A stretch of DNA of 64,000 nt from contig JAEZMV010000017.1 in NCBI GenBank assembly GCA_023414875.1, positions 207,267-271,266 on the forward strand. The letters are read 5' to 3'. Every line of letters begins with the position of its first letter. Position 1 is the stretch's first letter. The notes below the pieces were generated by a model. It made no database searches, was not told the DNA's origin, and was given only the letters and a program-made list of their open reading frames with translations. The stretch comes from Bacillota bacterium (GTDB lineage Bacteria; Bacillota; Clostridia; Lachnospirales; Lachnospiraceae). Shown here one piece after another: positions 1 to 10,712 of the stretch. Made by a program: the position numbers and the translations under genes.

Positions 1-464
1 GTGATCCTGACAATATTATTGACTATATCAATTACGGTATGAGAATTTATCCGATTGGACGGTTGGATAAGGACTCTGAGGGATTAATACTTTTGACGAA
101 TGACGGTAATATCGTAAATAAGATTTTACGGGCGGAAAACCATCATGAGAAGGAATACATTGTTACTGTGAATAAAGAAATCACCCTAGAGTTTATTAAA
201 AAAATGTCGACCGGGGTGCCAATACTGGATACTGTAACAAATCCCTGCAAGGTAACTCAAATTGATAAATATACCTTTAATATTATACTGACCCAAGGCT
301 TGAATAGACAGATTAGGCGAATGTGCGAGCATCTGGGCTACAGGGTTGTAAATTTAAGACGCATCCGAGTTATGAATATCTTGTTGGGAAGGTTGAAGCC
401 CGGTGATTATCGAAACGTAACGGATAAGGAAATAGCGGAACTTAACCGAATGTTTAAAAAATAA
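1..464 (+). CDS. RsuA/RluB/RluF-family rRNA pseudouridine synthase, 5'-truncated by the window edge
   Basis: GRLDKDSEGL catalytic motif and GLNRQIRRM motif; the frame stays open upstream of ATG 39 to the window start (DPDNIIDYINYG). Confidence 0.9.
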   Translation, partial: DPDNIIDYINYGMRIYPIGRLDKDSEGLILLTNDGNIVNKILRAENHHEKEYIVTVNKEITLEFIKKMSTGVPILDTVTNPCKVTQIDKYTFNIILTQGLNRQIRRMCEHLGYRVVNLRRIRVMNILLGRLKPGDYRNVTDKEIAELNRMFKK

Positions 465-635
465 TTTTTGACAGACATTCGATGGAATATCAGTATGTTA
501 TTATGATTAAAAAGCAAGGAAGGTATCATGAACTATGGATATCAAGTTAATATACCTCATATAGTCAATGTACTTTATATTAAAAATATGTTTACAAAGA
601 AATACATGCAGTTATCGTTATGAGGAGGAGATAGT

Positions 636-2627
636 ATGAGTCAGTCGAACGATACAAATGATAAAAATGTGAATAAGCATTTGAGAATAGAAGAACTCAT
701 AATAGAGTTAAATGAAGCGTCCGAGGTATACTATAATGGGCAGGAAGAAATTATGTCAAACTTCGAATGGGATGCTAAATTCGATGAACTAGCAGCCCTG
801 GAAAAAGAAACAGGATATATTTTACCAAACAGTCCCACTCAAAATGTTGGATACGAAGAAAGTAATGGAGCTAAGGAACAGCATGAATTCCCTGCTCTTT
901 CATTAGCAAAATCAAAAAAGATTAATGAGATACAAAAATGGGCTGAGGATAAAGCTATCTGGCTTTCCTGGAAACTGGATGGTTTAACATTAATCCTGAC
1001 ATATGATGGTGGTAAGCTTACTAAGATTCTTACAAGAGGGAGTGGCACAATAGGTACAAACATTACCTATATGAAGGAATCAATGAAAGGCTTCCCCTTA
1101 AAAATCAAGTATAAAGGTCATATGGTTGTACGTGGTGAAGCTACAATCTCATATACAGATTTTGCAATGATTAATGACACAATCGAGGATGATGACGATA
1201 AGTACGCAAATCCTCGTAATCTGGCAGCTGGAACATTAGGTTTGGATGATGCCCAAAAAGTTAAGGAAAGACATGTTCATTTTTATGCTTTTACACTAGT
1301 TTATTTTGAAGATAACATGAAATCCTGGGGTGACAGAATGAACTATCTGGAAAAAGAGGGTTTTTCTGTTGTTGATAGAGAGGCTACAACGGCTGATGCT
1401 CTTCCGGACGTTATTGAACGATGGACAAAAAAGGTTGAAAATGGTGAAATGGATCTTCCGGTGGATGGACTGGTTATCTGTTATGACGATATAGAATATG
1501 CAGCGACCGGTAGTATTACAGGTCATCATGCAACCAGAGCAGGTTATGCATTCAAATGGGAGGATGTATCAGCAGAAACAGAGCTTGAATATATTGAATG
1601 GTCATGTGCTGCTTCTACGATATCACCTGTGGCAGTATTTAAACCGGTTCAGCTTGAGGGGACCACTGTAACAAGAGCATCCTTGTGTAATATCAGCGAG
1701 ATGGAGCGTCTTGGTATCGGAAAATCAAGTGTTCTTGAAATTATTAAGGCAAATAAAATTATTCCTAAATGTGTCTCTGTAAAGAAATCGGAAGGAAAAT
1801 TCGAGATTCCGGACCAGTGTCCTGTATGTCATGCTAAAACTGAAATTAAAATAAGTCCTAAGAGTAATACAAAGACCTTACATTGTACAAACCCAAACTG
1901 CACGGCAAAGAATGTGAAAAAGTTTACTCGCTTTGTTAGTAAAGCAGGCATGGACATTGATGGCTTATCCGTTCAGACAATGCTAAAATTCATTAACCTG
2001 GGTTATATATCTAGGTATGCAGACATTTATAATCTAGATCAACATATTGATGAAATCAAGAATCTTGAAGGCTTTGGAGAGAAATCATGTGAAAATATGA
2101 TTTCAGCAATAGAAAAGAGTAGAGATGTTCATCCGGTTAACTTTATTTATGCACTTTGTATTCCAATGATTGGTACGGATGCAGGCAAAAAAATTATAGG
2201 AAGGATAGGGTTTGAAGACTTCTTAAGTAGATTAAGTAACGATGAAGGCTTTGAAGATATCGAGGGGATTGGCCCGGAAAAGTCTAGTTCGATAATAGGT
2301 TGGTATCAGGAGACTGAGAATAAGCTGACACTTGAAACATTACTGAAAGAAGTTAATATAAAAAAAGTTGATAACAAAGCTAATGCGGGAGGAAAATGCA
2401 CGGGCCTCATATTTGTTATAACCGGAGATGTACACCATTATAAAAACCGTGATGAATTTAAAGCTTATGTAGAAAGTCAAAATGGCTCCGTTACCGGTTC
2501 TGTATCTAATAAAACTAATTATCTGGTGAATAATGATATAGAGTCAGCTTCATCAAAAAATCAAAAGGCGAAACAACTAGGTGTTCCTATCATAACCGAG
2601 GATCAATTTGTCGAGATATTTGGATAA
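636..2627 (+). CDS. ligA: NAD-dependent DNA ligase
   Basis: KLDG adenylation motif, VRGE, NPRNLAAG, DGLV, AFKW, Cys4 zinc finger (CPVC...CTNPNC), C-terminal BRCT; RBS gaggagg. Confidence 0.97.
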   Translation: MSQSNDTNDKNVNKHLRIEELIIELNEASEVYYNGQEEIMSNFEWDAKFDELAALEKETGYILPNSPTQNVGYEESNGAKEQHEFPALSLAKSKKINEIQKWAEDKAIWLSWKLDGLTLILTYDGGKLTKILTRGSGTIGTNITYMKESMKGFPLKIKYKGHMVVRGEATISYTDFAMINDTIEDDDDKYANPRNLAAGTLGLDDAQKVKERHVHFYAFTLVYFEDNMKSWGDRMNYLEKEGFSVVDREATTADALPDVIERWTKKVENGEMDLPVDGLVICYDDIEYAATGSITGHHATRAGYAFKWEDVSAETELEYIEWSCAASTISPVAVFKPVQLEGTTVTRASLCNISEMERLGIGKSSVLEIIKANKIIPKCVSVKKSEGKFEIPDQCPVCHAKTEIKISPKSNTKTLHCTNPNCTAKNVKKFTRFVSKAGMDIDGLSVQTMLKFINLGYISRYADIYNLDQHIDEIKNLEGFGEKSCENMISAIEKSRDVHPVNFIYALCIPMIGTDAGKKIIGRIGFEDFLSRLSNDEGFEDIEGIGPEKSSSIIGWYQETENKLTLETLLKEVNIKKVDNKANAGGKCTGLIFVITGDVHHYKNRDEFKAYVESQNGSVTGSVSNKTNYLVNNDIESASSKNQKAKQLGVPIITEDQFVEIFG

Positions 2628-2663
2628 ACCTTATAAACATACATGTGTATAATTTCTTAGTAG

Positions 2664-2705
2664 TAAACAAAGCAGAAATATTTTATGGTTTCTGCTTTAT
2701 TTATT
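2664..2705 (+). terminator. Intrinsic terminator after ligA
   Basis: aaagcagaaa / tttctgcttt inverted repeat followed by a T-rich tail. Confidence 0.6.
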
Positions 2706-2848
2706 ACTGGAGTTTTGAAAAGGTCAAGATGTACTTGTTTTTAAAATGGCAGAAAATGGTATTTACGACTATTATTTGTTGATTTATTTTAAGAATCATG
2801 TTATGATACTTGTTACTATGACAAAAAATATAGAAGTGGTGATAAATT

Positions 2849-3754
2849 ATGCCGATTAAAGTGCAAAGCGATTTACCTGCAAAACGAATCTTAGAAGATG
2901 AAAATATCTTTATCATGGATGAAACCCGTGCAATGCACCAGGACATCAGACCTTTAAAAATTGCCATCTTGAACTTGATGCCAATTAAGGAGGATACGGA
3001 GGTTCAGTTATTGCGTAGTCTTTCCAATACACCTCTGCAGGTCGATGTTACCTTTTTAACAACCGGAACCTATGTCGGAACCCATACTCCTACCAGCCAT
3101 TTAGATCAATTTTATCAAACCTTTGAAGATGTTAAGCATAAGAAATTTGATGGTTTGATTATCACCGGAGCGCCGGTAGAGCTTATGGAATTTGAAGAGG
3201 TTACTTATTGGGAAGAGTTAGTTAAGGTAATGGAATGGTCAAAAACGAATACTACTTCTACACTTCACATCTGTTGGGGAGCGCAAGCCGGCCTATATTA
3301 TCACTATGGAATACATAAAAAGACATTAGATAAGAAGATGTTTGGTATCTATGAGCATAAAGTTTTAAATAGAAGAGTACCTTTTGTTAGAGGTTTTGAT
3401 GATATATTCTATGCACCTCATTCCAGATACACCACAGTATCCAGAGAGGATATATTAAGTAATGATAAGCTCTCCATACTTGCAGAATCAGAGGAAGCCG
3501 GAGTGTTTATCGTGATTGCACAGGATGATAAGCAGATATTTGTAATGGGACACCCTGAATATGACAGAATATCACTGGATAAAGAGTACAAAAGAGATGT
3601 AAAAAAAGGTTTAGATATAGAATTGCCGAAGAATTATTATCCGGAGGATCAGCCGGAGTTTAGGCCAAATCTAGTTTGGAGAGCCCATGCAAATGCCATG
3701 TATACCAATTGGCTGAATTACTATGTATATCAGGTTACGCCTTATGATCTTTAA
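2849..3754 (+). CDS. metA: Homoserine O-acyltransferase, MetA family (probably acetyl-CoA-using)
   Basis: ILNLMP, ITGAPVE, HICWGAQA (catalytic Cys), PHSRY, GHPEY, NWLNYYVYQ. Confidence 0.95.
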   Translation: MPIKVQSDLPAKRILEDENIFIMDETRAMHQDIRPLKIAILNLMPIKEDTEVQLLRSLSNTPLQVDVTFLTTGTYVGTHTPTSHLDQFYQTFEDVKHKKFDGLIITGAPVELMEFEEVTYWEELVKVMEWSKTNTTSTLHICWGAQAGLYYHYGIHKKTLDKKMFGIYEHKVLNRRVPFVRGFDDIFYAPHSRYTTVSREDILSNDKLSILAESEEAGVFIVIAQDDKQIFVMGHPEYDRISLDKEYKRDVKKGLDIELPKNYYPEDQPEFRPNLVWRAHANAMYTNWLNYYVYQVTPYDL

Positions 3755-3903
3755 GGTCAACTTGGTAGTTATCAAATTGACACCTTATTAGCTTTAATAT
3801 TCGATTTACGCTTACCAGGTGACAACGTATGAGCTTTAATCAACACTAGCTAATTGTAAGATTGTTTGCAAATGAATTCAGTCTCAAATTGGGGGACCGG
3901 GAT

Positions 3904-5310
3904 ATGAAGTGGTTAAATGATTTATTAACTCAACCTGCCTTTTTGCTTACTCTGGTTATTGTTATCGTAAGTGTATGTATTTTGATTGTGGTAATCATAC
4001 TGCTATACAGGCTAGAGAATGAGAAGAGAGTTACGAGAGCGGCCTTGGAATTGAAGAAAATTACAAACAGTATCCGTGCAGGGTTGGTTCATTTTATCTT
4101 GGAGGATAACTGCAGGATTTTGTATGCCAGTAAAGGCTTTTATGATATTCTGGGTTATAGTAAAAATGAAGCTAAGGAACAGAATAAAATATCAATATTA
4201 AGTTTTATAGGTCAGAGGAATATCAATTTCATTCAAGATGTGAAGAAGCAATTAAACAATGAAACAATTCGCTGTGACGTTCGAATGTTGACGAAGGATG
4301 GTAACATTCTTCATATGTTAATGAACGGCAACAGCTCGACAGGTAAGGATGGAAAGCACACCGTGTCCGCTGTCTTTATTGATATGAGTGAACAGAAGAA
4401 AATGCAAGATATGATACTGGTGGAAGGCGAGAGATACCGAATTGCCACCGAGTTATCCAAAGATGTCCTGTTTGAATATCATATCCTTAAGGATCAAATG
4501 ATATATACCGAAAAGTATAAGGATTTATTTGGTAGGAATCCGGTAATACATGATTTTATATCTACCAATGGAAAGCAAAGAGACTTAATACATCCGGATG
4601 ATTGGGGAATTTATCTTGAGTTGTGCCAAGAATTAGCGGAAGGTAAGATTATTATTGAAGCTGAATTTAGAATCAAGGACCGCTTGGGAGGATATATCTG
4701 GTGTCAAATAATGGGAAAAACCATTTATGATGACGATAGACAACCGATACGTGTAATTGGTAAGATGGTTAATGTAGATACCCACAAAAAAGAACTGGAA
4801 GCGTTGGAATACAAAGCAACCAGAGATCCTTTAACCGGAGTTTATAATAAAGAAGTTACTATTAAAAAGATTGATAAATTTATTACCGGTAATAAAGATG
4901 GTAAGCACATTCTAATGTTTATTGACTTTGATGATTTTAAGAGCATCAATGATAATTATGGACATTTGCAGGGAGACAAGGTATTATCCTTTGTTATCGG
5001 CCGCATCAAGGAAGTTTTTCTTGAAGGCGAGATTATTGGACGAATCGGAGGAGATGAATTTGTCGTATTTTCCGGCAACATCAACAGCATTGATGAGATT
5101 ATGGCTAAAGCGTCCAAATTAAAGAATGCACTTGATACCACCTACATCAGCGATGATAACATTATTCCAATCTCGGCAAGTATCGGTATATCAGTATACC
5201 CCGAAGCGGGATTACATTATGAACAGCTTATGGACAGAGCGGATAAAGCTCTTTATAAGGTTAAGGAGCAGGGTAAGAATAATTTTATGCTATATTCAGT
5301 AGCTATTTAA
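3904..5310 (+). CDS. Membrane-anchored PAS-PAS-GGDEF diguanylate cyclase
   Basis: N-terminal TM helix, PAS/PAC segments (IHPDD, EFRI...YIW), DPLTG, DFDDFKSINDNYGH, intact GGDEF; start moved to ATG 3904 behind ggggga. Confidence 0.9.
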   Translation: MKWLNDLLTQPAFLLTLVIVIVSVCILIVVIILLYRLENEKRVTRAALELKKITNSIRAGLVHFILEDNCRILYASKGFYDILGYSKNEAKEQNKISILSFIGQRNINFIQDVKKQLNNETIRCDVRMLTKDGNILHMLMNGNSSTGKDGKHTVSAVFIDMSEQKKMQDMILVEGERYRIATELSKDVLFEYHILKDQMIYTEKYKDLFGRNPVIHDFISTNGKQRDLIHPDDWGIYLELCQELAEGKIIIEAEFRIKDRLGGYIWCQIMGKTIYDDDRQPIRVIGKMVNVDTHKKELEALEYKATRDPLTGVYNKEVTIKKIDKFITGNKDGKHILMFIDFDDFKSINDNYGHLQGDKVLSFVIGRIKEVFLEGEIIGRIGGDEFVVFSGNINSIDEIMAKASKLKNALDTTYISDDNIIPISASIGISVYPEAGLHYEQLMDRADKALYKVKEQGKNNFMLYSVAI

Positions 5311-6880
5311 GATCACCCTTTTTAATTGAACCAGTAATAATAAGTAAACCCATACAGATGATGCATAACAGGAAGCAAAAAGTCAGTAAGATAATTGCTT
5401 CGTGGATATGTGTCATCTTTTTTATGTATTCATAACATTCTTTTAGCAGGAAGCCGGAAAAGGCGGTAATGAGGCCGGGTTTAACGATGGAGTTAACCGA
5501 ATCAAAATCAAAGGGTATATTTTTTACCACAGCAAAGGTATCTAGTCCTGTGATTATCAGCTGTCCAATTAGTAAAGCAATAAGATAACCGTTAATACCT
5601 CTGGCGGGAATTAAGAATATCAGTAAAAGTATTTTGCATAAAGAGCCAATAATCGAATTGATAAAAGTAATATGAGCCTTTCCAAGTCCATTAATAATGC
5701 TGCTTAATGTAGTTGTTAAATAAAAAAACGGACAGAGCCAGGCCAGAATCATCAAGTACTCACCGGATAAAGCATTATGGAATACCGAATTTCCAAGCTC
5801 CTTACCAAAATAAATAAAGACCCCGGTGCTGATAATTCCGATAATCAGACTGTATTTTATGGATACTGAGGTCGTTTTCCCGATCAGCCTTTGGTTATTC
5901 AAGGCCTGCGCTTCGGAAATGGTGGGAAGTACAAGAACAGCAAGCGCATTAATCACTGCAGTTGGGAACATGATAAAAGGAATGGACATACCATTTAAAA
6001 TACCAAAGACTATCAATGCTTCCGGTATACTAAGTCCGGATCTACGAAGCATGGCAGGGATTAAAACTGCTTCAATACTGTGTAAGATACTTAATAACAA
6101 ACGATTTGCCGAAAGCGGAACGCTTAAGGAAAGAAGACTTTTTGTAATAGTCTTTCTGCTGCTGGCCAAAGCGTTTGAATCCGGCCCGTATACAAGCATT
6201 TTATATGGTGAGGAGGTAATAAATATAGAAAAAAAGTTATATAAGCAGGAAGCGATCTCTCCCGCAACCAGACCGATAACAGCCAATTCACAGGTCACCT
6301 TTAGGTCACCGTTTCCAATGGATAATGCAATGAGATATACAACTATAACGCGAATGGCTTGTTCCAGTAATTGAGTTAAGGCAGGAACTCCAGCTTTTTT
6401 AAGCCCATAATAGTAGCCGTTAATACATGCAGTAACACCGCAGAACGGAAATACCACAGCTAATATTCTTACAGAGGATGCACTTCTTGCTTCCATAAGA
6501 AAACGCCATGCAATAAAGTCAGCATTTATATATACCAGTAAAGATAGGACTGCAGCTACTGATACAGAAATCAGCATTCCGATGCGTAGTATTTTATATA
6601 TGTTTTTTGGATTTCGTTTACCCAGCTCGGCAGCTACCAGTCGTGATATTGAGGTTTGTATGCCGGTTGCATAGATAGTAAAGCAAATGCCGTAAACCGG
6701 AAATATTAGCTGATATATCCCCAGTAGTTCAGGGCCCATTGTTTTCGATAAGAAGATACGATAAAAGAATCCAATAAACCGGGTAATAAAACCGGCCAGG
6801 GTAAGGATTATCGTACCTTTTAATATATTACTTTTCTTTATATATCTTACTTGTTGAGCTGTTAGATCCTTTTTATTCAT
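5303..6880 (-). CDS. SpoVB/MurJ-like MOP-superfamily polysaccharide flippase
   Basis: KGTIILTLAGFITRFIGFFYRIFLS N-terminus typical of SpoVB; many TM segments. Confidence 0.85.
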   Translation of the reverse strand: MNKKDLTAQQVRYIKKSNILKGTIILTLAGFITRFIGFFYRIFLSKTMGPELLGIYQLIFPVYGICFTIYATGIQTSISRLVAAELGKRNPKNIYKILRIGMLISVSVAAVLSLLVYINADFIAWRFLMEARSASSVRILAVVFPFCGVTACINGYYYGLKKAGVPALTQLLEQAIRVIVVYLIALSIGNGDLKVTCELAVIGLVAGEIASCLYNFFSIFITSSPYKMLVYGPDSNALASSRKTITKSLLSLSVPLSANRLLLSILHSIEAVLIPAMLRRSGLSIPEALIVFGILNGMSIPFIMFPTAVINALAVLVLPTISEAQALNNQRLIGKTTSVSIKYSLIIGIISTGVFIYFGKELGNSVFHNALSGEYLMILAWLCPFFYLTTTLSSIINGLGKAHITFINSIIGSLCKILLLIFLIPARGINGYLIALLIGQLIITGLDTFAVVKNIPFDFDSVNSIVKPGLITAFSGFLLKECYEYIKKMTHIHEAIILLTFCFLLCIICMGLLIITGSIKKGDLK

Positions 6881-7014
6881 TTGGTGTACCCTTATGAAAT
6901 CTTTTCTATGTATATATATTTCTTACTCAGAGAACTTAGACCCAAAGTTGTTGCCTCTGATGAGTGCAGATTATTGAAAAAAAAATAAAAATATGGAAAA
7001 TTTTTAAATGTATA

Positions 7015-7043
7015 TTGACAACAAAGATACAGAATGATATATT
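7015..7043 (+). promoter_or_regulatory. Sigma-A promoter of the iscR-iscS-iscU-mnmA operon
   Basis: TTGACA 7015-7020, 17-bp spacer, TGn-TATATT 7038-7043. Confidence 0.75.
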
Positions 7044-7060
7044 ATAACCGAGTAATTTAA

Positions 7061-7098
7061 TAGGAATTAAAACAATAGGAATTAAAATAGTAGGAATT
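7061..7098 (+). repeat. Three TAGGAATT direct repeats at 15-bp period; candidate Rrf2 operator half-sites
   Basis: TAGGAATT at 7061, 7076 and 7091, just downstream of the -10 box. Confidence 0.6.
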
Positions 7099-7162
7099 GT
7101 TTATAATGAATATGTTATAGAATCCAATTTATTAAATTAGATGAATATGTGAGGTGAGATGT

Positions 7163-7636
7163 ATGAGGCTATCTACCAAAGGTAGATATGGATTAAGAGC
7201 AGTGCTTGATCTCGCAGTACATTCTGACGAGGAAGCAGTCGCCTTAAGCCAGGTTGCGGAGCGACAGGGTATATCAATGAACTACCTGGAGCAGCTGATT
7301 GCAAAATTAAAAAAAGCAGGTATCGTAAAGGGTATCCGGGGAGCTCAGGGAGGTTATATGCTAGCTCTTTCGGCAGAGGAGATTTCTGTAGGAGCTATCC
7401 TTCGCGCTTTAGAAGGTGATTTAAATCCTGTGGATTGCTCTGAAGTGAATATGGGAGATGGCATCTGCAGCAACTCGGATTCTTGTGTAACAAAATATGT
7501 TTGGAAGCGTATAAGTGATAGTATAAACGACGCGGTAGATTCAATTAAACTTTCTGAACTGGTGGCTGAGAGCAAAAAAGTTCAATCTGATATAGGTTCC
7601 ACGGATACGAAAGCAAAGCAGACATGTGGTAAATAA
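7163..7636 (+). CDS. iscR: Rrf2-family regulator, IscR-like
   Basis: MRLSTKGRYGLRA, YLEQL, RGAQGGY, three Cys (C...C...C-VT-x3-W); first gene of an isc operon. Confidence 0.85.
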   Translation: MRLSTKGRYGLRAVLDLAVHSDEEAVALSQVAERQGISMNYLEQLIAKLKKAGIVKGIRGAQGGYMLALSAEEISVGAILRALEGDLNPVDCSEVNMGDGICSNSDSCVTKYVWKRISDSINDAVDSIKLSELVAESKKVQSDIGSTDTKAKQTCGK

Positions 7637-7658
7637 TTTATGTTTAGGAGATGACAAC

Positions 7659-8846
7659 ATGGAGAAAAAGATATACCTTGATAATGCGGCAACAACAAAA
7701 ACCAGACCTGAGGTTGTGGAAGCTATGCTCCCTTACTTTACTGAGTTATACGGCAACCCGTCCAGTGTCTATGAATATGCAGCCCAGAATAAAAAGGCAG
7801 TAGATGAAGCCAGAGGAACAATAGCTAAGATTATGGGTGCTGATACATCTGAAATATATTTTACGGCAGGCGGAACCGAGGCGGATAACTGGGCTTTGAA
7901 AGCTGCTGTTGATGCATATGCAACAAAGGGTAATCATATCATTACCTCTAAGATCGAGCATCATGCGATTCTTCATACCTGCGAATATCTTGAGAAACAT
8001 GGTATCGAAGTGACCTATGTCGATGTCGATGAGAATGGCATTCTTAAATTGGATCAATTAGAGAAGGCAATTCGTCCTACTACCATACTGATCTCTATCA
8101 TGTTTGCAAATAATGAAATAGGGACCTTACAGCCCGTTAAAGAAATCGGGGCAATTGCAAAGAAACATAATGTATTATTTCATACGGATGCAGTACAAGC
8201 TTATGGACAGGTTCCGATTGATGTAAATGAAATGAATATCGATATGCTAAGCGCCAGCGCTCATAAATTAAACGGACCAAAAGGAATTGGTTTCCTATAT
8301 ATTAGAAAAGGTGTAAAGATACGTTCCTTAATGCATGGTGGTGGTCAGGAGAGACAAAGAAGAGCCGGCACGGAGAATGTCCCCGGTATCGTAGGATTCG
8401 GTAAAGCAGTTGAGATAGCAATGGCAACCATGGAGGAAAGAACTAAAAAAGAAATTAAATTACGAGACTTATTAATAAAACGTGTAATGGATGAAATTCC
8501 TTTCGTACGTGTAAATGGTGATAAGCTTCGAAGACTTCCAAATAACGTTAATTTTAGCTTCCAGTTTATCGAAGGCGAATCCCTGCTGATTATGTTGGAT
8601 ATGAATCGGATTTGTGCATCCAGCGGTTCGGCTTGTACTTCGGGATCCTTAGATCCTTCTCATGTACTTTTAGCTATCGGTCTACCTCATGAGATTGCAC
8701 ACGGTTCCTTGAGACTGACAGTTAGTGAGGAGAATACAGAGGAAGAAATCAATTATACTGTTGATAGGATTAAAGAAATTGTTAATAAGCTCCGAAATAT
8801 GTCCCCGTTATATGAGGATTTCATTAAGAAGAAAGAGGATCATTAA
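7659..8846 (+). CDS. iscS: Cysteine desulfurase
   Basis: YLDNAATT, SAHK (PLP Lys), SSGSAC catalytic loop; start at ATG 7659 behind aggag. Confidence 0.96.
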   Translation: MEKKIYLDNAATTKTRPEVVEAMLPYFTELYGNPSSVYEYAAQNKKAVDEARGTIAKIMGADTSEIYFTAGGTEADNWALKAAVDAYATKGNHIITSKIEHHAILHTCEYLEKHGIEVTYVDVDENGILKLDQLEKAIRPTTILISIMFANNEIGTLQPVKEIGAIAKKHNVLFHTDAVQAYGQVPIDVNEMNIDMLSASAHKLNGPKGIGFLYIRKGVKIRSLMHGGGQERQRRAGTENVPGIVGFGKAVEIAMATMEERTKKEIKLRDLLIKRVMDEIPFVRVNGDKLRRLPNNVNFSFQFIEGESLLIMLDMNRICASSGSACTSGSLDPSHVLLAIGLPHEIAHGSLRLTVSEENTEEEINYTVDRIKEIVNKLRNMSPLYEDFIKKKEDH

Positions 8847-8893
8847 TATAAAATAATCAGAAGCAATTTACGATATTATTGGAGGAAAAGATT

Positions 8894-9331
8894 ATGTATA
8901 CTGAGAAAGTAATGGATCATTTTACAAATCCCAGAAATGTGGGTGAAATAGAGAATGCCAGCGGTGTTGGTACCGTAGGAAATGCTAAATGCGGAGATAT
9001 CATGAGAATATATCTTGATATTGATGACGCAGGAATCATTCATGATGTTAAATTTAAGACCTTTGGCTGTGGTGCGGCAGTAGCAACCAGCAGTATGGCA
9101 ACTGAACTGGTAAAAGGAAAATCAGTACAAGAGGCATTAAAGATAACAAATAAAGCAGTTATGGAAGCTCTGGATGGGCTACCGCCGGTTAAGGTTCACT
9201 GCTCCTTGTTGGCAGAAGAGGCAATTCATGCCGCTCTTTGGGATTATACAGAAAAAAAAGGAATAACAATTGAAGGTCTGACGAAGCCTAAGTCCGATAT
9301 CCATGAGGATGAAGAAGAGGTTGAATACTAA
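8894..9331 (+). CDS. iscU: Fe-S cluster scaffold IscU/NifU-N
   Basis: DHFTNPRNVG, CGD, FGCG, LPPVKVHC. Confidence 0.95.
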   Translation: MYTEKVMDHFTNPRNVGEIENASGVGTVGNAKCGDIMRIYLDIDDAGIIHDVKFKTFGCGAAVATSSMATELVKGKSVQEALKITNKAVMEALDGLPPVKVHCSLLAEEAIHAALWDYTEKKGITIEGLTKPKSDIHEDEEEVEY

Positions 9332-9472
9332 TTATCATAGCACACTATTGTAATTATGATATGTCCGCTTGGTGATTATTAACAGGAACATGAAGTTTAG
9401 TCACAGCGCAATCTATAGAATGGTAGAAATTACCGTATACGATCTTTGAATTATCATATTACGGAGGTAACA

Positions 9473-10594
9473 ATGGAGAAAGTAGTAGTGGGTATGTCCG
9501 GAGGGGTAGATTCCTCAGTTGCAGCATATCTGTTAAAGAAACAGGGCTATGATGTAATAGGCGTTACCATGCAGATCTGGCAGGATGAGGATGTCTGTTC
9601 CATGGAAGAAAATGGTGGCTGCTGCGGTCTAAGTGCGGTCGAGGATGCAAGAAGAGTGGCATCGGTGTTGGATATCCCATACTATGTTATGAATTTTAAA
9701 CAGGAGTTCAAACAGAATGTAATAGATTACTTTGTTTCTGAATATCTTCAGGCAAGGACACCAAATCCATGTATTGCATGTAATCGATATGTTAAATGGG
9801 AAGCTTTACTAACCAGGTCCTTAAATATCGGAGCTTCCTATATTGCTACGGGACACTATGCAAGTATAGCTAAGCTTCCGAATGGTAGATTTACGATTAA
9901 AAAATCTGTGACTCAGGCAAAGGATCAGACCTATGCCTTATATAACCTGACGCAGCATCAGCTGTCACATACGCTTATGCCAGTTGGTGAGTTTACCAAG
10001 GATGAAATCAGGGCTCTTGCCCAGGAAATGAAGCTTCCGGTGGCTAATAAGCCCGATAGCCAGGAGATATGTTTTGTATCCGATAATAATTATGCCGGAT
10101 TTATCTCTGATTATTTACAGGATAATAATAAAATTGAACGTGATTTCGACCTTAATCGAAGTGAATATACGGGTTTAACTCCCGGGAACTTCGTAAATCG
10201 CGCAGGTGAAGTAATCGGTACTCATAAGGGCTTAATCCACTATACGGTTGGACAGAGAAAAGGATTGGGGATTGCTATGGGACAACCTGTATTTGTACTC
10301 GAACTGAGACCGGAAACCAATGAGGTTGTCTTAGGTAATTCATATGAAGTGTTTACAGACCGCCTGTATGCAGACCGATTAAACTTTATGGCGATTGAAG
10401 ACTTAGAAGGCGAATTAGAGGTTGAAGCTAAAATCAGATACAGCCATAAGGGTGCAAAGTGTACGATAAGGAGGACCTCAAGGGATCAAGTGCTATGTAT
10501 CTTTGAGGAGCCTCAGCGGGCGATTACACCCGGTCAGGCTGTTGTGTTTTACCAGGGCGATTATGTAGTAGGTGGCGGTACGATCATCCGGTAA
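9473..10594 (+). CDS. mnmA: tRNA 2-thiouridine(34) synthase
   Basis: SGGVDS PP-loop, [33 protein letters not shown]. Confidence 0.97.
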   Translation: MEKVVVGMSGGVDSSVAAYLLKKQGYDVIGVTMQIWQDEDVCSMEENGGCCGLSAVEDARRVASVLDIPYYVMNFKQEFKQNVIDYFVSEYLQARTPNPCIACNRYVKWEALLTRSLNIGASYIATGHYASIAKLPNGRFTIKKSVTQAKDQTYALYNLTQHQLSHTLMPVGEFTKDEIRALAQEMKLPVANKPDSQEICFVSDNNYAGFISDYLQDNNKIERDFDLNRSEYTGLTPGNFVNRAGEVIGTHKGLIHYTVGQRKGLGIAMGQPVFVLELRPETNEVVLGNSYEVFTDRLYADRLNFMAIEDLEGELEVEAKIRYSHKGAKCTIRRTSRDQVLCIFEEPQRAITPGQAVVFYQGDYVVGGGTIIR

Positions 10595-10600
10595 TATCTA

Positions 10601-10677
10601 AAATTGGGAGTAGAAGAATGTTTTTACAAGTAAGTGGTTTCATACTGATTTTGTAAAAATACTTCTACTCCCAATTT
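10601..10677. terminator. Long bidirectional hairpin between convergent mnmA and the PHP gene
   Basis: aaattgggagtagaag / cttctactcccaattt (16-bp arms) plus inner tttttacaa / ttgtaaaaa. Confidence 0.7.
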
Positions 10678-10712
10678 GATTTATGTATATTTTTTTTTAG
10701 GTGTATATTTTG

